A DNA stretch of 64,000 nt from assembly GCA_017545525.1 (NCBI GenBank), contig JAFWMT010000003.1, positions 60,694 through 124,693 of the forward strand. Reading direction: 5' to 3'. The position numbers and the translations under genes are program-made. Below the pieces are notes generated by a model. It worked only from the letters and a program-made list of their open reading frames with translations. It searched no databases and was not told the origin of the DNA. Shown piece by piece: positions 1-9,695 of the stretch. How positions within the stretch are numbered: position 1 is the first letter of the stretch; each line of letters begins with the position of its first letter. Source of the DNA: Candidatus Saccharimonadota bacterium (lineage in GTDB: Bacteria > Patescibacteriota > Saccharimonadia > Saccharimonadales > Saccharimonadaceae).

Positions 1-584
1 GGGGCTTGAGGAAGAGCGTAGAATTTACCTGGATGTAAACGAGAAGGAACGAGAAAATCACGAGCGCCTTCTGGAGAAGAGTTGGCGAGAATAGGGGTAG
101 TAATTTCGGTGAAATCGTGGTCATACATATAGTTGCGAATAAAACGATAATATTCGGAACGGTGTTTCAAGATAGTTTGCATTGAAGGACGACGTAAATC
201 GAGAAAACGATATTTTAGACGGAGCTCTTCAGAAGATTTCTCCCCATCGTCGTGAGTATTAACTGGAAGAGGAGCAGATTTATTCAAAAGGGTAAGGGTT
301 TCAACAACTAATTCGATTTTCCCAGTATTAATATTCGGATTAATTAATTCAGGCGCACGTTCACGCATTTTTCCGGTTGCGGTCAAGACGTATTCGTCGC
401 GGACTGATTCGGCAAGTTTGAAAGATTCGGCGTTTTCGGGAGTGATGACAAGCTGAAGAATGTCGGTATGGTCACGCAAATCAATAAAGATGAGACCGCC
501 ATGGTCGCGACGGGAATTAACCCAGCCAGCGACAGTAATAGTTTTACCTAAAAAATTATGTGATTCGTTCGCTAAAATTCTCAT
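1..584 (-). CDS. aspS: aspartyl-tRNA synthetase, N-terminal part (gene continues beyond window start)
   Basis: Own minus-strand translation from ATG (complement of 582-584): [39 protein letters not shown]...[13 protein letters not shown]...[26 protein letters not shown]. This matches the AspRS OB-fold and motif-1 region. It is absent from the ORF track because no stop lies in the window. Confidence 0.85.
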   Translation of the reverse strand, partial: [194 protein letters not shown]

Positions 585-600
585 ATCTGTTATTATACCA

Positions 601-1173
601 CTATCCGAGTAAATAGTCGAGCAAAAGTTGGACGGTAAAGAAGCCGGCGAGAGAATCGTCTTCGTCGAGTACGAGGAAATAGTAACTATTAGTACGTTCG
701 ATTTCTTCGACAGCGAATTTGAGAGAGTCATTCAGATGAAGATAAAAAACATCTTTGGAAAGATATTTTTCGGCGCGGTCGGTTTTCTTAATCTCGAGGG
801 CGTTAAGGGCCTCAGTATGAATAACGCCTTTAACTTTATGATAATTATCGACCACAGGAAAATTTTTATAACCGGAACGATAGAGTTTATCTAAAACTAA
901 AGGTCCGAGAACGTCTTTAGCGTTGACAAAAACCATATCTTTTTTTGGGATCATAAGATCTTTAACGGCGCGATCTTCGAAGCTCATAATGGCAGAGATG
1001 CGTGAGCGGTCGGTCTCATTTAAAATCGATCTAGGGGTTCGGCGTAATACGCCGATAAAGTCCTCAAGAGTTTTAGGAGTATATTTTACTTTTACAGTTG
1101 GTTTTTTCTCGCGATATTTTTCGAGTTTCGGATCAAGAAATTTTACAATTTTGGTTAAAATTGTCTGCCACAT
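601..1173 (-). CDS. CBS-domain pair protein
   Basis: 190 aa. DLMIPKKDMVFV...FPVVD...VKGVIH and a second CBS-like repeat. No transporter domain. Confidence 0.6.
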   Translation of the reverse strand: MWQTILTKIVKFLDPKLEKYREKKPTVKVKYTPKTLEDFIGVLRRTPRSILNETDRSRISAIMSFEDRAVKDLMIPKKDMVFVNAKDVLGPLVLDKLYRSGYKNFPVVDNYHKVKGVIHTEALNALEIKKTDRAEKYLSKDVFYLHLNDSLKFAVEEIERTNSYYFLVLDEDDSLAGFFTVQLLLDYLLG

Positions 1174-1204
1174 GATATAATCATTATATCATAAAGGAGT
1201 TATT

Positions 1205-1972
1205 ATGAAGAAATTAAAAGGTTTTTCAGTGGCTGGTGTGGTGGTCGGAGTTTTAGTTGTCATATTATTAATAGTGGCGACGGTTGCTATTATTGATGGG
1301 AATAATAAAGCAACTGATTTTAGTAACTATGATTTTTATTCGGTGATAGAACCGACGAAAGATAATGGAAATATTGGTGACCATGTGAAAGGGAACGCTG
1401 ATGCACCAGTTTTGATTTTTGAATATGCGGATTATCAATGCCCTGGGTGTGCTTCGATCAATACGAAGGTGAATAAAGTGATTGAGCAACTAGACGGAAA
1501 ATTAGCAGTGGTATATCGTAGTTTCTTACTCTCTTATCATCAAAACGGAACGGCGGCAGCTTCGGCAGCAGAAGCAGCAAGTTTACAGGGTTATTGGAAG
1601 GAATATGCGGATAAGTTATTTGCGAGACAGTCGGAATGGGAATATGCTTCAGCGTCGGACAGAACAGAGATGTTTAATAAGTATTTTGAGGAAGTGACTG
1701 GCGGGAAGGGAGACATGGAGAAGTTCAACCAGGATATTGCTAGCGAAGAGGTTTCGAAGAAAATTAGTTTTGATATGGGAATCGGCAAAAGGATAGATGT
1801 TTCGGCTACGCCGGCGTTCTATATTGACGGTCAATATATTAGTTGGGGAAGTGAAGGCGAAGTGACGGTGAATGGAAAAACTATCACTTGGGATTCGGCG
1901 AGAAGTGGGGATGAATTTATCAAATTAATTAAGGAAATTGTGGCAGCAAAATTAGAGGGTACGGAGAACTAA
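1205..1972 (+). CDS. membrane-anchored DsbA-family thiol:disulfide oxidoreductase
   Basis: N-terminal TM helix, CPGC active site (YQCPGCA), thioredoxin-like layout. SD aaaggag upstream. Confidence 0.8.
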   Translation: MKKLKGFSVAGVVVGVLVVILLIVATVAIIDGNNKATDFSNYDFYSVIEPTKDNGNIGDHVKGNADAPVLIFEYADYQCPGCASINTKVNKVIEQLDGKLAVVYRSFLLSYHQNGTAAASAAEAASLQGYWKEYADKLFARQSEWEYASASDRTEMFNKYFEEVTGGKGDMEKFNQDIASEEVSKKISFDMGIGKRIDVSATPAFYIDGQYISWGSEGEVTVNGKTITWDSARSGDEFIKLIKEIVAAKLEGTEN

Positions 1973-2143
1973 AACACTTGATGACCTTTTAAAAATTAGA
2001 TTTCGATAAATTCTTGCCAAGCGGCAGGAGGGATTTTTGATTCTGTTTGTTTGTTTGAATGTTTTAAACGTTTGATACGCATATCCCGATATTCTAACAA
2101 AGTTTTTAAATTTATGCAAGCATAATGATATAATATTATATAT

Positions 2144-2818
2144 ATGAAAAAGCGTGGGCGATTTAAAGTCTGGAGATTTAAGACGTGGCAGCTAATTGTG
2201 ATCTTAATACCGTTGTTTTTTATTGACGCCACTTTGCTGAGATTAGACCATATTAAAATGACAGAATTAAGAGATGCGGTGCTTGCGGCGGATGAGGCGG
2301 AGAGTGATGAGGAAATTTCACGAACGCTTGAAGAGCTAAAGGATTTTGTTTTTTCGAATGTGGTAATAAATATAATAGAAGAAAATGGGAAACAGGTAGT
2401 AACGTTTGGGACAGGGCCATTTTATTTAGAACATCAGTATATACGAGCAGCAAATAAGGCGTTGGAGGAAGCGGAGAAGAGATTAGCTTCGGATAACAAC
2501 CCGAATGGGAACATTTATGCGAAGGCATCAGAAGTTTGTCGTGCACGTGCAATTCAGAATGGATGGACTTGGAGTTCGCCAGAGTATATAAACTGTATGA
2601 CGAGTGAGATTGAGAAATATCCGGCGATGGATGAAATACAGGATCAGATTATTGCGAGTTTGCCGTCGACAGAACTTTACCGGAAGAATTATGCTTCGCC
2701 GATTTGGGCGCCAACGTTGACTGGATTTATGTTACTAATAACGCTAATTATTATCATAATAATTTTAATAAGAATGACAATATGGATAATTCTTCGGCTC
2801 TCCCTGTTATTTGTTTAA
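2144..2818 (+). CDS. hypothetical membrane protein (N- and C-terminal TM helices)
   Basis: 224-aa ORF. TGATATAAT ends 9 nt before the ATG. No recognisable motif. Confidence 0.55.
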   Translation: MKKRGRFKVWRFKTWQLIVILIPLFFIDATLLRLDHIKMTELRDAVLAADEAESDEEISRTLEELKDFVFSNVVINIIEENGKQVVTFGTGPFYLEHQYIRAANKALEEAEKRLASDNNPNGNIYAKASEVCRARAIQNGWTWSSPEYINCMTSEIEKYPAMDEIQDQIIASLPSTELYRKNYASPIWAPTLTGFMLLITLIIIIIILIRMTIWIILRLSLLFV

Positions 2819-2843
2819 TTTCGGAGAAAAGCTAAAAAACCTC

Positions 2844-2872
2844 TTGACAATTAACGCCTAGGGTCATAAGAT
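2844..2872 (+). promoter_or_regulatory. sigma70-type promoter (TTGACA-17-TAAGAT)
   Basis: TTGACA at 2844-2849, 17-nt spacer, TAAGAT at 2867-2872, followed by SD aaggagg and ATG 2904. Confidence 0.55.
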
Positions 2873-2903
2873 AGGAATATATTAACTTAAGGAGGAAAGC
2901 TAA

Positions 2904-3107
2904 ATGGCTTACGAACATACCAATGGTAAGGGTGTGAAATATTACCTACATAAATCTGAAGTTACGCTCCGTGGTGGCAAACCGCAGACTATTTATTTCT
3001 TTACTAAGGACGAAAAGGGCGGCAAGGGAACTCCTTGCGATCTTCCTGCTGATCGAGTTGTTTGCGAGAATCCACGCAATGGCTTCTTGACTTTGAAGAA
3101 GAAATAA
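2904..3107 (+). CDS. small hypothetical protein (67 aa)
   Basis: Strong SD (aaggagg), own promoter and a hairpin+T-run after the stop. Confidence 0.55.
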   Translation: MAYEHTNGKGVKYYLHKSEVTLRGGKPQTIYFFTKDEKGGKGTPCDLPADRVVCENPRNGFLTLKKK

Positions 3108-3124
3108 TATTTGGTTACAATGAA

Positions 3125-3152
3125 AAATCGCTCTTAGTAAGGGCGATTTTTT
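3125..3152 (+). terminator. putative intrinsic terminator
   Basis: aatcgc-loop-gcgatt followed by tttttt. Confidence 0.5.
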
Positions 3153-3159
3153 CATTATT

Positions 3160-4896
3160 TTAGGCTACTATTTTGCTTTGTTTTTCGAATTGGTGGAGGT
3201 TTTGGTGATGAACGTCATGCATATAACTCTGGATGATAGGTGTTTCACTGAGATAATTTTTCCACATGCTTTGGTAGCCGTTTTTAGCATCAGACGTGTC
3301 GCCATACCCGTCGGTCATTGAATCGTGTTCATAGAGCGGCGTAATGAAGTCACCAGCAAATACCCAATTTGAACGAAGTCCAGTGCTAGTGATAGGCGCG
3401 TTGGTTTCGATATTTCCAATCCATGCATTGATGTCTCCATCTTCAGAGTACCTTTCGCACATCAGGTAGCGTAGTTTTTGATTGAATGATTGAAATAAAC
3501 GGGTTTTGACATCGCCATATAATGGATGGTCGATGTTAAAGGAGCCTAATTCGTTGCTGAAGTCTGGTGCATTAGAACCCGGGATTCTTAGAAGCTCTGG
3601 CGGCATTCTTTGGTAGGAAAAATCACTAAAATCGAAAGCTGGGTTTTTATTAATTTCTTTGTAATAGTCGCCACTTAATGTTTCTGCTTTTTGATGTGTA
3701 TCATATTCTTCATCTGTATATTTTTTAGCAGTGCCCAAAAATGCTAATTGCGGATTAATACCATTGGTTTCTATCGGGCCGGATTTTGCAATATTATTTA
3801 ATGTTTGTTGCAATTCGAATGGGAGAGTGAGGCTTTCTTCGCTATAAGCTTTGCCATACCAAGATACTATACCATTTTCGTCTTTGATGTAATCGGGTAG
3901 ATAGCGCCAAGTTCCAGCGGAATTAGAGCGATAATATGATCTTGCCTTGAATTGTCCGTCTGGGGTGAATACGTAACCAATTACGGCATCGCGACTGCCG
4001 ACCCTAAAAGTATCAGATAGGCCAATGGTAACATTGTCGAGAATGGTTTCATAACGAGGTCCTAGATTCATTCGTTTAAGATCATTTGGTGTTAAATGGC
4101 GTTCTTGTCCTTGGAAGAGTAAAGCATCGCCATCTATTTTGGTAAGCTCTAAAATTTCTTCTGGCGATAAATTGTTTGGCTGCATGTCTAATTGTTGATT
4201 TGGCGACATTTTGTTAGATTGTTGGAGAGCTAAACTTATAAGGTCTTTTGATGAGTCCCAGTATTCCTGCTTTTTACCATAAAGAACATGTTTAAAATTA
4301 TTCATGGCTTTAACATATTCTTTATACTTTTGGGGAGAATTATAGGTTTTTATGTCTTCAAGAAATGATTCTGCTTGGGTATCGAAATCTGATGGTTCGG
4401 GGAATTGGTTGTAAAATGTTTGGATTTGCGATGGTTGTACTTGATTAGGGTGGTTAAAACCGAGCCCGGTCATAGTTGCCAATATGCGTTTTTCGTGTTT
4501 TTGGTCACTGAGTCTGGCTAGTATTTGGTCTGGTGATTTTACGTCTTGCGGACCTTTAATTTGCGAAACAATATATTGAAAATCTTCAGTTTTAATAGTG
4601 CCGTTATTAATATGGTTTATAACATAGGACAATTCTTGTGTATTCATGTTAACATCTGATTGGTCCAATATGTCAAGATTACCCGATGATAAAATTTTGA
4701 CTAATTTACATTGTTGGCGTGATAATGAGAGGTCGTCTAGTTTTTCTATAGTGTTAGAGTTGCTAGGCTTTTCAGATGATGTATTAGAATCTGGTTCATT
4801 AGGGTTTTGGCCAAAGGGAACATTTTCGAGTGAGTCCCATTCAGTAGCGTTTCGATTTCGTCTGAAGACGTTGTTTGCTTTTTCAAAAAGATTCAT
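3160..4896 (-). CDS. hypothetical protein, 578 aa, no signal peptide
   Basis: Long uninterrupted ORF in an AT-rich pocket. No motif I recognise. Confidence 0.6.
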   Translation of the reverse strand: MNLFEKANNVFRRNRNATEWDSLENVPFGQNPNEPDSNTSSEKPSNSNTIEKLDDLSLSRQQCKLVKILSSGNLDILDQSDVNMNTQELSYVINHINNGTIKTEDFQYIVSQIKGPQDVKSPDQILARLSDQKHEKRILATMTGLGFNHPNQVQPSQIQTFYNQFPEPSDFDTQAESFLEDIKTYNSPQKYKEYVKAMNNFKHVLYGKKQEYWDSSKDLISLALQQSNKMSPNQQLDMQPNNLSPEEILELTKIDGDALLFQGQERHLTPNDLKRMNLGPRYETILDNVTIGLSDTFRVGSRDAVIGYVFTPDGQFKARSYYRSNSAGTWRYLPDYIKDENGIVSWYGKAYSEESLTLPFELQQTLNNIAKSGPIETNGINPQLAFLGTAKKYTDEEYDTHQKAETLSGDYYKEINKNPAFDFSDFSYQRMPPELLRIPGSNAPDFSNELGSFNIDHPLYGDVKTRLFQSFNQKLRYLMCERYSEDGDINAWIGNIETNAPITSTGLRSNWVFAGDFITPLYEHDSMTDGYGDTSDAKNGYQSMWKNYLSETPIIQSYMHDVHHQNLHQFEKQSKIVA

Positions 4897-5035
4897 AATA
4901 ATATTTTAACATTAATGGGAAACAAAAGATAAAAAAATGGTACACCCTAGTGAAAGAAGTTGCAACTATATTGAAGGCAGATTTGATGGGCGGAAATTGC
5001 CCATCAAATCTATTTTTCTTTTGCAAGTTTTGATA

Positions 5036-5824
5036 TTATGATAGATTTGTATTTATATTAGATGTATTTGCATCATTATCTGCTGTTTGTGTTTTGTTTT
5101 TCTTTGAAAAAAGCACTAATAAACATATTATTACAACAGTAATGCTTATTGAAGCTACCGCAATCATAATAATGGCAATTAGTTTCCAATCAACCGTATC
5201 CTCGTCTTTTGTAGTATCGTTTGTTTTTAAATCATTGTCTATGGTTCCAACTTCTTCGTCTAATGAATCATTTTTTTCGGTATTGGCATTGACGTCGGTA
5301 GCTGAATTATCACTATTATTATTTGTTTTTATAGTGTCGTTTGCTTTTATGATGATTTTTTCATTTTTACTAAAGGAATAATTACCTTCAATCGTTGCTC
5401 CAACACCATCTTTAATAATATAATCATTGCTGCTTATTGGTACAGCTGCTTCTATTGTTAGTGTCCCATCACCGCTAAACGTAATTGGTTCAAGTGCGAG
5501 AATACCGATACCTTTATCCACGGTTATATAGTTATCGCCCACAAGATTAATATTGAAGGTATGACCTAGCCCCGTTCCCCAACATTCTATTTTTATCTGA
5601 CCACCATTGTAGTTATTCAATGTTAAAGTACCGCCATCTTTATTGGCTTCGTTGTCTCTTTGCCACGAAGCAGTGCCAGCAGTATTTGAATTGCCGATCC
5701 TAAGCTGCTCGCCGTCTACTGTCCAAGAGTAAGCATAAGCCGCAAAGCAATTTTGGACTAATGATGGCCCAGTGATTAATAAAGCTACTAGCAGTGTGAT
5801 AACGAAGAATATATTCTTTTTCAT
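5036..5824 (-). CDS. signal-peptide surface protein with C-terminal TM anchor
   Basis: N-terminal MKKNIFFVITLLVALLITG...A signal. N/D/T-rich linker. C-terminal TM helix plus a short tail. Confidence 0.6.
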   Translation of the reverse strand: MKKNIFFVITLLVALLITGPSLVQNCFAAYAYSWTVDGEQLRIGNSNTAGTASWQRDNEANKDGGTLTLNNYNGGQIKIECWGTGLGHTFNINLVGDNYITVDKGIGILALEPITFSGDGTLTIEAAVPISSNDYIIKDGVGATIEGNYSFSKNEKIIIKANDTIKTNNNSDNSATDVNANTEKNDSLDEEVGTIDNDLKTNDTTKDEDTVDWKLIAIIMIAVASISITVVIICLLVLFSKKNKTQTADNDANTSNINTNLS

Positions 5825-5954
5825 TGAAGTCCTCCTTTTTATGAATGAAAGCTTAAGTAAATTATAACATATGTCCAGTCATATTTTTTGAGTTTTCATC
5901 CCTTATCGAATATATTAGAGAATAAAATAGAGCCTAAAGCTCTTTTTAATGTCT

Positions 5955-6031
5955 TGGTACACCCAGGAGGATTTGAACCTCTAACCTTCAGCTCCGGAAG
6001 CTGATGCTCTATCCAGTTGAGCTATGGGTGC
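5955..6031 (-). tRNA. tRNA-Arg (anticodon CCG)
   Basis: Hand-folded cloverleaf: GCACCCA acceptor, anticodon loop TTCCGGA, TTCAAAT T-loop, encoded CCA. Confidence 0.85.
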
Positions 6032-6039
6032 ATAGAAAA

Positions 6040-6116
6040 TGGTACACCGGGAGGGGTTCGAACCCACGACCTTCTGTTCCGAAGACAGACGCTCTAATCC
6101 GCTGAGCTACCGGTGC
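6040..6116 (-). tRNA. tRNA-Arg (anticodon TCG)
   Basis: Hand-folded cloverleaf: GCACCGG acceptor, anticodon loop CTTCGGA, TTCGAAC T-loop, encoded CCA. Lies 8 nt from the preceding tRNA. Confidence 0.85.
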
Positions 6117-6198
6117 ATATAATATATTATAGCATAATTAGATGGTTTTTCATAGAGAGGGGTTGAAATAAAATGGGAGGCATGTTAGAGATGGGGAC

Positions 6199-7641
6199 AT
6201 GTTAAAAATATTATGGAGAGATATTCATCAATCGTATTTTATAGTGATGTTAGCGATAGGGATAGTAGTTGGGACGATTTTGGCGTTAGTTTTTAGAATA
6301 AACTATTTTGCATCTCTAATTTGGGTATTTTTTGTAATTATACTTTTAATTTTTTCATATTTAAAACCGAAATTAGCGTTTGTCGTAATAGCGTTAATTG
6401 CAGGGATGATATTGGCGTTTTTTCGGACATCGGGAGAACTGGAGGGAGAAAATTATATTCGACAATTCTGCAACCAAACAATTTTAGTTTCGGGTTTTAT
6501 TAAAGGAGATCCAGAGACGGATGAGAATACAACTAAATTTAAATTAGGTGATTTAAAATTTGGGGAAGAAGAAATTATTAGTGCAGGATATTTATATATT
6601 TCAGAATCCAAGAATGAAAATTTAGCGAGAGGAGATGAAATAACGTTGTCTGGTAAGTTAAGCGAGGGGTTTGGAACTTATGCGGGGTATATGTATAAAC
6701 CAAGAATAGTGGCGTGGAAAAGGGCGGAGCCGGGAGATTTAATTTTAAAAATGAGAAATTGGTTTTCGGAAAGAATTAGCCAGCTAGTGCCGGAACCGGA
6801 AGTAAAATTAGGGCTTTCGTATTTGCTGGGGATGAAGACTGGTTTGCCAGAGGATTTAAGTGAAAATTTGAGAATGGTAGGGCTAGTGCATATTGTAGTA
6901 GCGAGCGGAGCGCATTTATCGATTTTGGTGGAAATTGCACGAAAAATTTTTGGAAGAATTTCACGTTTTTCGGGATTATTATTTTCAGAATTGTTTGTAA
7001 GCTTTTTTATGGCGATGGTAGGATTTACGCCATCGATTTTAAGAGCGGGAGTGATGTCGATATTATCACTTTTAGCGTGGTATGTAGGGCGGAAGTTTGA
7101 ACCGTGGCGAATAATTATAATAACAATGGCGACGACTTTAATGATTGAACCGATGTTTATAATAAATATTGGATGGCTACTGTCTTTTGCTTCGTTTAGT
7201 GGAATTATGATTTTGGGTCCGAAATTGACAAAACTCTTTTATGGCGAAAAGAAGCCAAAATTTATAGCTTCAACCGTTATCACAACAGTTTCGGCGACTT
7301 TAATGACTTTGCCAATTACGTTATATTTTTATGGACAAATTTCATTAATCTCAGTATTAGCAAATTTGTTAATTTTGCCGACTTTGGCTTATGCAATGGG
7401 TTTAGTGTTATTAGAAGGAGTAGTTTCTGGATTTTGGGGAATTGAAACTATCGTTTCATTTTTGGCGACAAAATTATTGAGTTTTCATATTTTGATAGTG
7501 GAATGGTTTGGCGGAATGCGACAGTTTTTGGTTGAGATGCCGAAATACCAGTGGCAAGTGTTTTTAATATATGGAGGGATAGTTTTAATGGTTTTAATTG
7601 TTTGGTTGCGTAAAAAAAATAAAATGTATGTTAAAATTTAA
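6199..7641 (+). CDS. comEC: ComEC/Rec2-family DNA uptake channel protein (no beta-lactamase domain)
   Basis: Polytopic membrane protein with the LLGMKTGLPEDL...GLVHIVVASGAHLSIL competence motif. Confidence 0.75.
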   Translation: MLKILWRDIHQSYFIVMLAIGIVVGTILALVFRINYFASLIWVFFVIILLIFSYLKPKLAFVVIALIAGMILAFFRTSGELEGENYIRQFCNQTILVSGFIKGDPETDENTTKFKLGDLKFGEEEIISAGYLYISESKNENLARGDEITLSGKLSEGFGTYAGYMYKPRIVAWKRAEPGDLILKMRNWFSERISQLVPEPEVKLGLSYLLGMKTGLPEDLSENLRMVGLVHIVVASGAHLSILVEIARKIFGRISRFSGLLFSELFVSFFMAMVGFTPSILRAGVMSILSLLAWYVGRKFEPWRIIIITMATTLMIEPMFIINIGWLLSFASFSGIMILGPKLTKLFYGEKKPKFIASTVITTVSATLMTLPITLYFYGQISLISVLANLLILPTLAYAMGLVLLEGVVSGFWGIETIVSFLATKLLSFHILIVEWFGGMRQFLVEMPKYQWQVFLIYGGIVLMVLIVWLRKKNKMYVKI

Positions 7642-7643
7642 GC

Positions 7644-8603
7644 ATGAACGGTTTATTTAATGAAAAGACAATAGCAAATATAAAAAGCATAAAGAAGACT
7701 TTTCTGTGGGCTGCAGTATGTATATTGATAGGCGAGTTGATTGTCGGCGCAATATTGATTATAACGCAGAGCTTTGACTCGACAATTGGAAGATTGATGG
7801 GGACTTTTGCTTTATGCGCGATAGTATTATTCGTAGGGGTGAATAATTTTTCGTTGATGGAAAAGGGGAACAAAGTAGCGCAAGGGTTTGCGCTGGTAAG
7901 TTTGATTGCGAACATAGTTTGGCTGGTGTTATGTATTTTGTTTATATGGGAGGTGTTGCCGTTTATTGAAGGAAGCTACTTCGATTATTCTATGACCGTA
8001 ATGGCAAAACTGATGTTGATTGCAATTGATGTCGGAGTGGGATGTTTCTGGATTTCGAATGTGTGGGCGATTGAAGAGACAGTAAAACCAGTAAAACCAT
8101 TGAAGATTACGGCGATTGTTTGTGAGCTTTATTGTGGATGTTATGCAATTATAATGACATTGATGGATACTGAGAATTTATTAGAGATGGATTCGAGATG
8201 GCATGCGTTGGCTGGATTAGCTGGATTTGCATTTTTGGTGATGGCGATAGCGGCGTTGATTGTATCGAAGAGTGGAAAAAAGAGAAGTGAAGAGAAAAGG
8301 GTTTTGGATACGGACAGTACGGAAATGCAAGCTAAAATCCAAGAAATGGTAGAGAAAGAAGTGCAAGCGAGATTAGCATCGCAGGGGGGCGAGGATGTGC
8401 AGGTTAGTGCGGCGCAAGAGCCTCAGACAATGTCGGAATCGCAAGTCGTACCAGAGCCTCAGCCTGTGCAAGAGCCGCAACCTGTGCAGCAAACACAGGT
8501 TGACGAAACTCCGCAAGTTCAGAATGAACCGTCCACGCCGAATCCGATTAATCCGGGGACTGATGCGGGAGCTAACCCAGAGAATGACAATTTAGCTCAA
8601 TAG
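7644..8603 (+). CDS. polytopic membrane protein with P/Q-rich C-terminal tail
   Basis: Several TM helices. Tail with EPQPVQEPQPVQ repeats. Confidence 0.55.
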   Translation: MNGLFNEKTIANIKSIKKTFLWAAVCILIGELIVGAILIITQSFDSTIGRLMGTFALCAIVLFVGVNNFSLMEKGNKVAQGFALVSLIANIVWLVLCILFIWEVLPFIEGSYFDYSMTVMAKLMLIAIDVGVGCFWISNVWAIEETVKPVKPLKITAIVCELYCGCYAIIMTLMDTENLLEMDSRWHALAGLAGFAFLVMAIAALIVSKSGKKRSEEKRVLDTDSTEMQAKIQEMVEKEVQARLASQGGEDVQVSAAQEPQTMSESQVVPEPQPVQEPQPVQQTQVDETPQVQNEPSTPNPINPGTDAGANPENDNLAQ

Positions 8604-8668
8604 ACATTTGAGGTAAAAAGTGGTAAAATTAAGGTAAGTTGATTATTAAATTTTGATGGGAGAAAAAT

Positions 8669-9370
8669 ATGTCTGGACATAGTAAATGGGCAACCACGAA
8701 AAGGCAAAAGGCGGTAGTTGATGCGAAGCGAGGGGCGTTGTTTACGAAAATCGGGAATCAGATTGCGATTGCGGCGAGAGCTGGAACAGATCCAAATATG
8801 AACCCTAGTCTTGCGATGGTACTAGAGAAAGCGCGACTGGCGAATATGCCGAAGGCGAATATTGAGCGAGCGATTCAACGGGTGGCGGATAAGTCGGCGG
8901 CAGCGTTGATTGAAGAAGTATATGAAGCGTATGGACCTGGGGGAGTAGGAATTGTGATTGAAGTGGCGACGGATAATAAAAATCGGACAATGCCGGAAGT
9001 ACGACACACTTTAGATAAGAATGGTGGACGAATGGCAGACCCCGGTTCGGTGATGTTTCAGTTTGCAAGAAAAGGCGTGATAGAAATTAGTGATAAAGGT
9101 GAGGAAGCTTTAATGACGGCTTTGGAAGCGGGAGCGGAGGATGCAACGGAAGAAGATGAAGGAATAACAATTTATACGGAAGCGTCGGATTTGATGAAAG
9201 TGCGACAGGCTTTAATTGATGGCGGATTGACAGTAACTAGTGCGGAGCTACAATATGTACCAACTTCGTATGTGCCGATAGAAGGAGAGAATGCGGAAAA
9301 GTTGGAAAAATTGCTTTCGGCGATTGATGATTTGGATGATGTAGTGAATACTTATACAAATGCAGAATAA
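8669..9370 (+). CDS. yebC: YebC/PmpR-family transcriptional regulator
   Basis: MSGHSKWATTKRQKAVVDAKRG... is the canonical N-terminus. Confidence 0.9.
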   Translation: MSGHSKWATTKRQKAVVDAKRGALFTKIGNQIAIAARAGTDPNMNPSLAMVLEKARLANMPKANIERAIQRVADKSAAALIEEVYEAYGPGGVGIVIEVATDNKNRTMPEVRHTLDKNGGRMADPGSVMFQFARKGVIEISDKGEEALMTALEAGAEDATEEDEGITIYTEASDLMKVRQALIDGGLTVTSAELQYVPTSYVPIEGENAEKLEKLLSAIDDLDDVVNTYTNAE

Positions 9371-9388
9371 TATGTTATAATATATAAT

Positions 9389-9493
9389 ATGGCAAGAAAA
9401 ATTACGTTAAAACCAATTGCGAAGCAAAATCGCAATAATAATCATAAACACAGCGATAAGCGAAAACATCCACGTTTAAAGAATGGTCGCTAA
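9389..9493 (+). CDS. candidate unannotated small basic protein (34 aa)
   Basis: MARKITLKPIAKQNRNNNHKHSDKRKHPRLKNGR. TATAAT (9376-9381) lies 7 nt before the ATG, as at other leaderless genes here. An intrinsic terminator directly follows the stop. Too short for the ORF track. Confidence 0.4.
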   Translation: MARKITLKPIAKQNRNNNHKHSDKRKHPRLKNGR

Positions 9494-9498
9494 AAAAT

Positions 9499-9520
9499 AG
9501 CCCGCAAGGGCTTATTTTTT
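9499..9520. terminator. bidirectional intrinsic terminator
   Basis: agccc-gcaa-gggct hairpin flanked by an A-run and a T-run. Confidence 0.65.
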
Positions 9521-9524
9521 GGTT

Positions 9525-9548
9525 TGATTTGGCGGAAAGGACAGGATT
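9525..9548 (-). repeat. 24-nt direct duplicate of the tRNA-Ser 3' end plus 5 nt of downstream flank
   Basis: tgatttggcggaaaggacaggatt occurs at 9525-9548 and 9605-9628. Confidence 0.9.
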
Positions 9549-9609
9549 AGCATCCCTAGTCCATTCCTTCAAATCACTAAATCTAAAGTGAACTTTAGAT
9601 TTACTGATT

Positions 9610-9695
9610 TGGCGGAAAGGACAGGATTCGAACCTGCGGAGGTTTCCCTCTCTGGTTTTCAAGACCAGTGCCTTCAACCACTCGGCCACCTTTCC
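9610..9695 (-). tRNA. tRNA-Ser (anticodon TGA)
   Basis: GGAAAGG acceptor, anticodon loop CTTGAAA, long variable arm, TTCGAAT T-loop, encoded CCA. Confidence 0.85.

Noticed and set aside
8440-8500. Short tandem repeats (EPQPVQ-coding here, and the PEPT tract at 30370-30538) considered as a possible CRISPR array
   Set aside because: The repeats are contiguous, in-frame and 12-21 nt long without spacers. No CRISPR-like repeat-spacer structure exists anywhere in the window.
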